From Miltoncostaeaceae bacterium (lineage in GTDB: Bacteria; Actinomycetota; Thermoleophilia; Miltoncostaeales; Miltoncostaeaceae): a stretch of 24,000 bases of DNA. The stretch covers positions 1-24,000 of the forward strand of contig CAVVMP010000007.1 in assembly GCA_963749475.1 (NCBI GenBank). The letters are read 5' to 3'. Of the stretch, positions 1 to 9,127 are shown one piece after another. The position numbers were made by a program, and so were the translations under genes. How positions within the stretch are numbered: position 1 is the stretch's first letter; each line of letters begins with the position of its first letter. The notes under the pieces were generated by a model that was given only the letters and a program-made list of their open reading frames with translations, had not been told where the DNA came from and searched no databases.

Positions 1-29
1 ACGCGGCCGTCGGGGCCACGCCTCCCCGG

Positions 30-434
30 TCAGGTGGCCGCCGCGCCGGCGGGGCGGAGCGCCTCGAGCAGGAGCGCCGTGTCGGTGTGCTCGTCCACCC
101 GCACGGCCGCGCCGTCGCGGAAGGCCCAGACCAGCGCGAACGGGATCTCCACGTAGCGCCCGCTGGCCCTCGGGCGGCCGCAGAAGCGGCCGAGCGCCAC
201 CACGCGGTCGCCCCCGTCGACGAGGTCGTCGAGGGGGACGCGGAAGTCGTCCCAGCGTCCCTGGACCTCGCCGAAGTAGGCGCCGAGCGCGTCGCGCCCG
301 CGGATCACCCCGCCGTGGGGCAGCACCTCCGGCATCGCGAACTCGACGTCCTCGGCGAAGACGTCCATGGCCGCCGGGTCCCCCTCGGCGGCGGCCGCGT
401 AGAAGGCGCGGACGCGGTCGGCGTTCTCGGACAT
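30..434 (-). CDS. SnoaL-like / NTF2-fold small protein
   Basis: The 134-aa ORF has high GC3. The pattern RVRAFYAAAAEGDPAAMDVFAEDVEF...GRDALGAYF...W is typical of SnoaL/NTF2-like domains. A GGAGGAGG Shine-Dalgarno lies on the minus strand at 440-447, 5 nt before the ATG. Confidence 0.7.
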   Translation of the reverse strand: MSENADRVRAFYAAAAEGDPAAMDVFAEDVEFAMPEVLPHGGVIRGRDALGAYFGEVQGRWDDFRVPLDDLVDGGDRVVALGRFCGRPRASGRYVEIPFALVWAFRDGAAVRVDEHTDTALLLEALRPAGAAAT

Positions 435-544
435 CGGGGCCTCCTCCCTGGTGGTGGCGCCGAGGCTATGGGGTGGCCGGCGCCGGCGGTATCCCAGCGA
501 TCCTGGGATTTGACACCGCCGCCGGGGCGCGACGAGTGTGGGGC

Positions 545-1621
545 ATGCTGGCCGACCCGGGCGCGGAGCGCGCGCGGCGTCACGTCGCCCGGCTGTGCCG
601 GGCGGGGCTCGACGCCGGGGCCCTCCTGCGCGCGGTGGCCGCCGAGGTGCGGGGGGTCGTGGGCTATGACGGCGCGGCCTGGGTGACCATCGATCCGGCG
701 ACGCTCCTGGTCACGGGCGCGCACGTCGAGGACCTGCCGCGGGAGACCGCGCCCGCCTTCTACGAGAACGAGTACCTCCACGAGGACGTCCTGAGCTTCG
801 CCGGGCTCGCGCGCGCCGGGCGCAGCGTCGGGACGCTGCACCGGGCGACCGCCGGCGACCTGGCCGCGAGCCGCCTCCACCGCGAGGTCGCCCCGCTCTC
901 CGGCCTCCGTGGCGACGCCCTGCGCGCCGTCTTCGTGCAGGCGCGGACGTGCTGGGGGGCCGTCGTCCTCGCCCGCCGCGAGCCGCGGCCGCCCTTCGCC
1001 GAGGCCGAGCTGAGCTTCATGGCCAGCATCGCCGGGCCCGTCGCGGAGGGGCTGCGGGCGGCGGTGCTCATCCGCGCCCTCGGGACGCCGGCGCCGCCCG
1101 GCGGCCCGCCGGCCCCGGGCGTGCTGGTGCTCGCCGGGGCCGAGGTGCGGTCCGCGAGCGCGGCGGCGGAGGCGTGGCTCGACGAGCTCGGGAGCGGCCC
1201 CGGCGGCCGCCTCCACTCGGCCCTCGCCGCCGTCGCCGGCGCCGCGGGGGCCGACGGGGAGGGTGACGCCGGCGGCCCCGCCCGGACGGTGGTCCGCACG
1301 CGGGCCGGGCGGTGGCTCGGCGTGCAGGCCGTCGCGCTACGCCCGGGCGGCGAGGTGGCCGTGGTCCTGGACGTCGCCCGCCCGCCGGAGATGGCGGACG
1401 TGGTGATGCGCGCGTACGGGCTGAGCGCACGCGAGCGCGACGTCGCCCAGCGGGTCATCGCCGGCGCGCCCACCGCCGAGGTGGCGGCGGACCTGCACAT
1501 CTCGCCGTGGACGGTCCAGGACCACCTGAAGTCGGTGTTCGACAAGGTCGGCGTCCGCAGCCGCGGCGAGCTCGCCAAGCACGTCTTCGACCGCCACCAC
1601 GCCCCGTCCCGGCCCCTCTGA
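545..1621 (+). CDS. LuxR-family transcriptional regulator with an N-terminal GAF-like sensor domain
   Basis: The C-terminus LSARERDVAQRVIAGAPTAEVAADLHISPWTVQDHLKSVFDKVGVRSRGELAKHVF is a GerE/LuxR HTH. The N-terminal part (VGYDGAAWVTIDPATLL...CWGAVVLAR) resembles actinobacterial GAF-LuxR regulators. The start is ambiguous: the ORF opens at GTG 473. I prefer ATG 545 because it leaves 110 nt of divergent intergenic space. Confidence 0.8.
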   Translation: MLADPGAERARRHVARLCRAGLDAGALLRAVAAEVRGVVGYDGAAWVTIDPATLLVTGAHVEDLPRETAPAFYENEYLHEDVLSFAGLARAGRSVGTLHRATAGDLAASRLHREVAPLSGLRGDALRAVFVQARTCWGAVVLARREPRPPFAEAELSFMASIAGPVAEGLRAAVLIRALGTPAPPGGPPAPGVLVLAGAEVRSASAAAEAWLDELGSGPGGRLHSALAAVAGAAGADGEGDAGGPARTVVRTRAGRWLGVQAVALRPGGEVAVVLDVARPPEMADVVMRAYGLSARERDVAQRVIAGAPTAEVAADLHISPWTVQDHLKSVFDKVGVRSRGELAKHVFDRHHAPSRPL

Positions 1622-1639
1622 GGAGCCGTCGTGCACGGC

Positions 1640-1666
1640 GCGGGGCCGGGTCCCGCCCGGCCCCGC
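1640..1666. terminator. GC-rich hairpin between convergent genes (possible bidirectional terminator)
   Basis: An 11-bp perfect stem pairs gcggggccggg (1640-1650) with cccggccccgc (1656-1666), with loop tcccg. It lies between the LuxR stop (1621) and the ABM-like stop (1676). There is no U-tract. Confidence 0.35.
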
Positions 1667-1675
1667 CCCGCAGCG

Positions 1676-1966
1676 TCAGCCGTCCGCGCTCATCGCCACC
1701 TCACCGGCGTGCACCTGCGGCGGGCTGATGGATGCGTTCGCCAGGTTCCCGGCGATCCAGTCGCGGGCGGCCTGGTTCGACGCCTCGGCGCCGGCCTGGT
1801 CGTCGAAGACCGTGACGGACACGCAGCTCGCGGGTCCGGTCTTGACGATGTGGTAGCCACGGAAGCCGGGGATCGCCTCGAACAGCCCGAGGATCTCGGA
1901 ACGGTTTGCCGCGACGGCGTCCGCGAGTCCCTCCGCGGAGTCGTAGACACGAACGGTCGCATACAT
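1676..1966 (-). CDS. ABM-like (dimeric alpha/beta-barrel, antibiotic-biosynthesis-monooxygenase-like) small protein
   Basis: The 96-aa ORF has high GC3. Its size and the pattern MYATVRVY...GFRGYHIVKTGPASCVSVTVFDDQAGAEAS fit ABM/ferredoxin-like barrel proteins. A purine-rich SD lies upstream on the minus strand. Confidence 0.55.
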   Translation of the reverse strand: MYATVRVYDSAEGLADAVAANRSEILGLFEAIPGFRGYHIVKTGPASCVSVTVFDDQAGAEASNQAARDWIAGNLANASISPPQVHAGEVAMSADG

Positions 1967-2043
1967 GATGCCCCCCTCTGGGCGACGGCGTGTGCGGCGA
2001 CGCTATTCCCGGGGCGACCTCCCGCACAACGGCGAACGCGCGT

Positions 2044-2723
2044 TCAGATTTCATCGCACAATGCAGGCACTTTCCTCAGCGCCGGAACGTGAAGAGCCGC
2101 CCGGCGGGGAGGGGGCGCGGGCGGGCCGTCGTAGCGGGCGGCGCCGACGGCGGGGAGGGTGTCCTCGTCCAGAACGTCGTAGGCGATCTCCGCGAACCCC
2201 GCCGCGGCCAGCCGCGCGCGCACCACGCCGTTGCGGTCGCCGCCCGAGCGGCCGCGCGTCCACACCAGCGTCCGCCCGGGGCGCAGAGGGCGGGCGCGGC
2301 GGCGATCGTCCGCGCCGGGTCGGCGTCGGTGACGTTCCCCATGATCCCCACCAGCAGCACGAGCTCCGCCGGGACGGCGTCCGCGTACGCCCCGGTGCCG
2401 CCGGCGTCCGCCTCCCGCACGTCCACCGCGGCCGCCGTTCCGGCCGCGCCGCGCCGGGCGCGTTCCGCGATCGCCGGGTGGACCTCCACCAGGACGGCGC
2501 GCACCCGGGCGGCGTCCGGCCTCCCGGCCAGCACGCCCAGGAGGTCGCGGCCGTCGCCGGCGCAGAGGCTCAGCGCCCGCACCGGGCCCGGGTGCCGGTC
2601 GAGGGCCGCCCGGATGTGGGCCCGCACCACCCCGAGGCGCCACGACAGGTCCGATCCCGGGTCGTCGTACCGCTCGTGCCACCGCTCGTAGTCGCGCAGA
2701 ACCGGACCTCCGCCTGCGAACAT
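2044..2723 (-). pseudogene. Class I SAM-dependent methyltransferase, frame-disrupted as assembled (apparent 1-nt deletion near 2272)
   Basis: The frame ending at 2723 reads a typical methyltransferase (YERWHERYDDPGSDLSWRL...LSLCAGDGRDLLGVL...LVLLVGIMGNVTDAD...LCAPGG) and then degenerates into R/A/P junk. The conserved continuation TLVWTRGRSGGDRNGVVRARLAAAGFAEIAYD sits in the frame of ORF 2044..3099, starting at about 2274. Confidence 0.7.
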
Positions 2724-2736
2724 CTGTTCGTTTCCG

Positions 2737-2745
2737 TGCTAGAAT
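2737..2745 (+). promoter_or_regulatory. Candidate extended -10 promoter element (TGCTAGAAT) for the 2780 gene
   Basis: TGnTAnAAT-like tgctagaat lies in the only AT-richer patch of the divergent 2724-2779 spacer, 35 nt upstream of ATG 2780. There is no convincing -35. It is overlapped by the small inverted repeat cgtgc-N9-gcacg (2735-2753). Confidence 0.3.
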
Positions 2746-2779
2746 ACGGCACGTTTGCAGCGGGTTCGGGAGGAACGGG

Positions 2780-3112
2780 ATGACGGGGACGCGGGACTTC
2801 AGGCGGGGCCGCCCGGCGGCGCGATGGAGCGAGCCGGAGCTGGCCGAGGTGGTGCTGGGCGTGCTGGCCGGCGCGCCGGACGTGCTGTGGAGCGCCGACG
2901 ACGTACGTGAGCGGCTGGCGTTCGGCCGCGAGGGGGCCGGGCCGGCGGCGACGTCGGTGCGCGGCGCGCTGCGCGCGCTGGAGGCCGCTGGGCGCGTCGA
3001 GCGGGTCGAGGTCTGGGGGCGCCGGGGCTGGGGCAACACCGCCCACGCCTTCCGTCCCGCCGGGCCGTCCGCGACGGCGCAGGACCGCCCGGGACTCACC
3101 GTCGCCGCCTGA
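2780..3112 (+). CDS. Hypothetical small protein, possibly a winged-helix DNA-binding protein
   Basis: The 110-aa ORF has consistently high GC3. GGGAGGA SD lies at 2768-2774. The segment SVRGALRALEAAGRVERVEV resembles a wHTH recognition helix plus wing. I recognise no family with confidence. Confidence 0.5.
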   Translation: MTGTRDFRRGRPAARWSEPELAEVVLGVLAGAPDVLWSADDVRERLAFGREGAGPAATSVRGALRALEAAGRVERVEVWGRRGWGNTAHAFRPAGPSATAQDRPGLTVAA

Positions 3113-3220
3113 GCACGGGGCGCGCCCGCCGGGGGCGGGGCGCGCCCTCCCCGGGGGACGCCCCCGGGTTCCGGGTGGTAACCTCCCCTCTTCGTACGGA
3201 TGGCGACGGGCGGCGACGGG

Positions 3221-3246
3221 AGGTGGGTGACGAACCCACCTTTTTT
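3221..3246 (+). terminator. Canonical intrinsic terminator / leader attenuator upstream of rimP-nusA
   Basis: An 8-bp stem pairs aggtgggt (3221-3228) with acccacct (3234-3241), with loop gacga. It runs directly into T6 (3241-3246). It lies 109 nt after the stop of the 2780 gene and 32 nt before the rimP ATG. Confidence 0.6.
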
Positions 3247-3278
3247 GTGGGCGCCGGGCGATGGTGGAGGGAGGTGTG

Positions 3279-3734
3279 ATGGCGGTGGCCGAACAGGTGG
3301 ACCTGGAGCGGCGGGTCGAGCGGGCGCTCGAGGAGCGGATGCCCGAGGTGGACCTGCTGCAGCTCACGGTGCTGCCCGCGCAGGGCGGGACGCTGCGCCT
3401 CGTCGTCGACCACCCCTCCGGCGTCAACCACGAGGTCTGCGTGGCCGTCACGAAGGCGCTCGCGGACGCCGGCCTGCTCGAGGAGTACGGCGCCGAGGTC
3501 TGGTCGCCGGGCCCCGAGCCGCCGCTCCGGACGCCCGAGCACTACCGCCGCGCGGTCGGGCGGCGGGTGCGGGTCGAGACGGGCGCCTCCGGCAGCCGCC
3601 GGTCGTTTACGGGTACGCTGGTGGAGGCCGGTGACGCATCCCTGCGTCTGTCCCTCGCGGACGGCGACGTGGAGATCCCGTACACCGACGTGCGCCGGGC
3701 GCACGCCTTCGAGGACGAGGAGGCGTTCGGATGA
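3279..3734 (+). CDS. rimP: Ribosome maturation factor RimP
   Basis: The product is about 151 aa and lies immediately upstream of nusA, the conserved position. The sequence LLQLTVLPAQGGTLRLVVDHPSGVNHEVCVAVTKAL...WSPGPEPPLRTPEHYRRAVGRRVRV fits RimP. The ORF opens at 3261, but ATG 3279 has a GGAGGGAGG SD 5-6 nt upstream. Confidence 0.85.
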   Translation: MAVAEQVDLERRVERALEERMPEVDLLQLTVLPAQGGTLRLVVDHPSGVNHEVCVAVTKALADAGLLEEYGAEVWSPGPEPPLRTPEHYRRAVGRRVRVETGASGSRRSFTGTLVEAGDASLRLSLADGDVEIPYTDVRRAHAFEDEEAFG

Positions 3735-3807
3735 TCCGACGCACGGTCTACGGCGCGGCGGGGGCCAGGTTGGCCCGCGCCGCCGAGTTCGTTCCGGGGA
3801 GTGACAG

Positions 3808-5172
3808 GTGAACAGAGAGATCATCGAGGCCATCAAGCAGATCGAGCGCGAGAAGGGGATCGACTCCGAGACCCTGATCGTGGCCCTCGAGGACGCCCTG
3901 CTCGCCGCCTACAAGAAGACGCCGGACGCCGCCGAGTTCGCGCGGGTCGAGATCGACCGCGAGGACGGCGAGATGCGCGTGTACGAGCTCGTGCCGCCCG
4001 AGGGCGAGGAGCTGCGGACGCTGCCGCGCGAGGAGCCGGTCGTGCCGGAGGGCGTCGACCCGGCCGAGTACGAGCCGCCGCCGCCGGACATCGACTGGAC
4101 GGCCTACGACCTGGCCGACATCCACCAGGTGGACGTCTCGTCCGACAACTTCGGGCGCATCGCCGCGCAGACGGCCAAGCAGGTGATCCTCCAGCGGATC
4201 CGCGAGGCCGAGCGCGAGATGATGTACGAGGAGTACGTCAACCGCGTCGGCGACGTCGTGACCGGGATCATCCAGCAGTCCGACTCGCGGTACACCCTGG
4301 TCGACCTCGGCCGCGTCGAGGCGCTCCTGCCCGAGAGCGAGCAGGTCCACAACGAGCGCTACGACCACGGCGCCCGCATCAAGGCCGTGATCATCGAGGT
4401 CCGCAGCTCCACCAAGGGGCCGCAGGTCATCGTGAGCCGCCGCTCGGACCAGCTGGTGCGCGAGCTGTTCAAGCTCGAGGTGCCCGAGATGGCCGACGGC
4501 CTCGTCGAGATCCGCGGCGTGGCCCGCGAGCCCGGCTGGCGGTCGAAGATCGCGGTGATCTCGCACGTCCAGGGCGTGGACCCGGTCGGCGCCTGCGTCG
4601 GCCCCCGCGGGTCGCGCGTCCGGATGGTCGTGAGCGAGCTCCGCGGCGAGAAGATCGACATCATCCCCTACAACGACGAGCCCGCCCGGTACGTCGCCAA
4701 GGCCCTCTCGCCCGCCCGCGTGCGCGAGGTGCTCGTGGACGACGAGAACCGGCAGGCCACCGTCATCGTCCCCGACGACCAGCTGTCGCTGTCGATCGGG
4801 CGCGAGGGCATGAACGCGCGGCTCGCCGCGCGCCTCACCGGGTGGCACATCGACATCAAGAGCGAGTCGACGTTCGCCCGCGAGGAGGAGTCGGACGAGT
4901 TCGGCGACGAGACGGAGGCGGGGGTGTCGCGCTGCGCGGCGATCCTGCGCACGGGCAAGCGCTGCCCGAACGCCGGGGTCCCCGGCACGCGCTACTGCGC
5001 CCTCCCGGCGCACTCGCGCCTCGCCGAGGTCGAGGTCGCCCTCGGGCGGCCCCTCACCCCCGAAGAGCTCGAGGAGGCCAGCTCTGCGAAGGGCTGGGAG
5101 CGCGTCTCCGAGCTCGCCCCGGTCGGGGCGGGCGCGGCGGCGGACGGTGCGAAGGAGGAGGCCGAGGCGTAG
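3808..5172 (+). CDS. nusA: Transcription termination/antitermination factor NusA with a Cys/His-containing C-terminal extension
   Basis: The GTG start follows GGGGAG. The N-terminal domain begins MNREIIEAIKQIEREKGI. The S1 region includes FGRIAAQTAKQVILQRIREAERE...GDVVTGIIQ. The KH1/KH2 region includes GVDPVGACVGPRGSRVRMVVSELRGEKIDII...LSLSIGREGMNARLAARLTGWHIDIKSE. There are no AR1/AR2 HhH repeats. Instead a roughly 100-aa tail carries C-x9-C-x10-C-x4-H. Confidence 0.95.
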   Translation: MNREIIEAIKQIEREKGIDSETLIVALEDALLAAYKKTPDAAEFARVEIDREDGEMRVYELVPPEGEELRTLPREEPVVPEGVDPAEYEPPPPDIDWTAYDLADIHQVDVSSDNFGRIAAQTAKQVILQRIREAEREMMYEEYVNRVGDVVTGIIQQSDSRYTLVDLGRVEALLPESEQVHNERYDHGARIKAVIIEVRSSTKGPQVIVSRRSDQLVRELFKLEVPEMADGLVEIRGVAREPGWRSKIAVISHVQGVDPVGACVGPRGSRVRMVVSELRGEKIDIIPYNDEPARYVAKALSPARVREVLVDDENRQATVIVPDDQLSLSIGREGMNARLAARLTGWHIDIKSESTFAREEESDEFGDETEAGVSRCAAILRTGKRCPNAGVPGTRYCALPAHSRLAEVEVALGRPLTPEELEEASSAKGWERVSELAPVGAGAAADGAKEEAEA

Positions 5173-5189
5173 AGGTCACGACGTCACGC

Positions 5190-5458
5190 GTGTCCCACGT
5201 CCCCGAGCGGCGCTGCCTCGGTTGCGGCGCCCGGCGGGGGAAGCCCGAGCTGGTGCGGTTCGTCGCCGCGCCGGATGGGGACGCCCACCGCCTGGTCCGC
5301 GACGACGCGGGCCGGCTGGGGGGTCGGGGGCTGTACGTGTGCCGGCGGGACGAGTGTTTCGAACGCGCCGTCGCGCGTCGCGCCTTCCAGCGGGGCGCGC
5401 GCGTCGGCGGTGAGCTGAGGATCGACCCCGGGGTCGGGGCGGTCGGCGGGGAGGACCC

Positions 5459-5471
<13 letters not shown>
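5190..5471 (+). CDS. ylxR: YlxR/DUF448 family RNA-binding protein
   Basis: The last 93 codons of ORF 3801..5471 read VSHVPERRCLGCGARRGKPELVRFV...GRGLYVCRRDECFERAVARRAFQRG, the DUF448 signature. The gene sits in the conserved position between nusA and infB. The start is GTG 5190. It overlaps the infB start by 13 nt. Confidence 0.85.
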
Positions 5472-8277
<2,806 letters not shown>

Positions 8278-8443
8278 CAGTGCCCCGGCCCGAAGGACAC
8301 GCGGGACTTGCCGGCTGCACCGCATCGCGGGGCGGCGTCCTCGACCTTGGCAATAGGAACACCGCTATTGCCAAGGATCTGCGTCCTTGCCCCGCGGGCG
8401 ATTCGCCCGGCAACTCCATACGTGCCTCCGGCCCGGGGCACTG
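8278..8443. repeat. 166-bp concentric imperfect palindrome (long rod-like hairpin) filling the infB-DUF503 gap
   Basis: Five helices pair across the region. 8278-8296 pairs with 8425-8443 (17/19; the first 11 bp, cagtgccccgg/ccggggcactg, are perfect). 8304-8314 pairs with 8407-8417 (10/11). 8321-8323 pairs with 8398-8400. 8326-8333 pairs with 8389-8396 (8/8). The apex pairs CCTTGGCAATAG (8345-8356) with CTATTGCCAAGG (8365-8376), 12/12, with an 8-nt loop. Nearly all helices share one symmetry centre (i+j=16721). Confidence 0.7.
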
Positions 8444-8451
8444 ATCGCCCA

Positions 8452-8763
8452 GTGTCGTTCGGGCACGTCGGCATCCTCACGGTCGACCTGCACCTGCCGG
8501 ACGGCTCCTCGCTCAAGTCCAAGCGCAAGGAGCTCCACCGGGTGAAGGCGGCGCTCGTGCGCCGCTTCGCCTGCGCGGTGGCGGAGGTCGACCACCACGA
8601 CCTGTGGCAGCGGGCCCGGCTCACCCTGGCGGTGGTCGGGCGCGCCGCGGGCGAGACCGACGAGCGGGTTTCCGACGCGCTCCGGATGCTGCACTCGGAC
8701 GAAGCGTTCCAGGTGGTCGGGGAGGCGCGGGAGCTGATCGTGGTGTCCGGGGAGCCGTACTGA
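8452..8763 (+). CDS. DUF503 (YlxP-like) protein
   Basis: The sequence VSFGHVGILTVDLHLPDGSSLKSKRKELHRVKAALVRRFACAVAEVDHHDLWQRARLTLAVVG matches the DUF503 pattern. The gene sits in the conserved infB-rbfA position. The ORF-track start (TTG 8308) would read through the palindrome, so I prefer GTG 8452. Confidence 0.8.
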   Translation: MSFGHVGILTVDLHLPDGSSLKSKRKELHRVKAALVRRFACAVAEVDHHDLWQRARLTLAVVGRAAGETDERVSDALRMLHSDEAFQVVGEARELIVVSGEPY

Positions 8764-8764
8764 G

Positions 8765-9127
8765 ATGGCGCGCAGGCCCCGCAGCACGCGGATGCGCCGC
8801 GTCGACACCGCCCTCCAGCAGGTGCTGGCCGAGGCCGTCGCCGGGCTCTCCGACCCGCGCCTCGGCTTCGTGACGATCACGCACGTCGAGGCGACCCAGG
8901 ACGTCCGCGAGGCGAAGGTCTTCTTCACCACGCTGAAGGCGCGCGACCACGCGGCCACGCAGGACGCCCTCGAGTCGGCCCGCGGGCTGCTCCAGTCGCG
9001 CCTCGGGGCGGAGCTGCGCTCGCGGCACACGCCGCAGCTCACCTTCCACTACGACAGCACGCAGCGCGACGCGGTGGCCCTCAGCCGCCGGATCGACGAG
9101 ATCATCTCGGGGGAGGAGGACGGGTGA
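8765..9127 (+). CDS. rbfA: Ribosome-binding factor A
   Basis: The 120-aa product reads RMRRVDTALQQVLAEAV..LSDPRLGFVTITHVEATQDVREAKVFF...LRSRHTPQLTFHYD, typical of RbfA. ATG 8765 lies 1 nt after the DUF503 stop. Confidence 0.9.
   Translation: MARRPRSTRMRRVDTALQQVLAEAVAGLSDPRLGFVTITHVEATQDVREAKVFFTTLKARDHAATQDALESARGLLQSRLGAELRSRHTPQLTFHYDSTQRDAVALSRRIDEIISGEEDG

Noticed and set aside
510-515. A perfect TTGACA hexamer upstream of the LuxR-family gene as its -35 element.
   Set aside because: - No TAnnnT-type -10 lies at 16-19 nt downstream (cgagtg/gagtgt).
- The hexamer lies inside the alternative GTG-473 reading frame.
- This is insufficient support.
3801-5189. The first roughly 460 codons of the 556-aa + strand ORF 3801..5471, which overlaps nusA in another frame.
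   Set aside because: - The translation is Arg/Gly/Pro-rich junk out of frame with a bona fide nusA.
- Only the last 93 codons, from GTG 5190, match a real family (YlxR/DUF448).
8345-8376. The TTGGCA...TGCCAA half-sites in the apical stem as a sigma-54 (-24 TGGCAC / -12 TTGC) promoter.
   Set aside because: - The spacing and the -12 element do not fit. After TGGCAA and 5 nt comes ACAC or GTGT, not TTGC.
- Sigma-54 is generally absent from Actinomycetota.
8278-8443. The palindrome as a clear-cut MITE or transposon remnant.
   Set aside because: - No target-site duplication flanks the 11-bp terminal inverted repeats (left flank ...ggcctag, right flank atcgccc...).
- There is no transposase nearby and no second copy in this window.
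- This is kept only as an unproven alternative in the finding, because genome-wide copy number cannot be checked here.
8308-8451. TTG 8308 as the start of the DUF503 gene (the 151-aa version).
   Set aside because: - The extra 48 residues ([48 protein letters not shown]) are unlike DUF503 proteins.
- They would be encoded by the palindrome itself.
- The family-typical N-terminus begins at GTG 8452.
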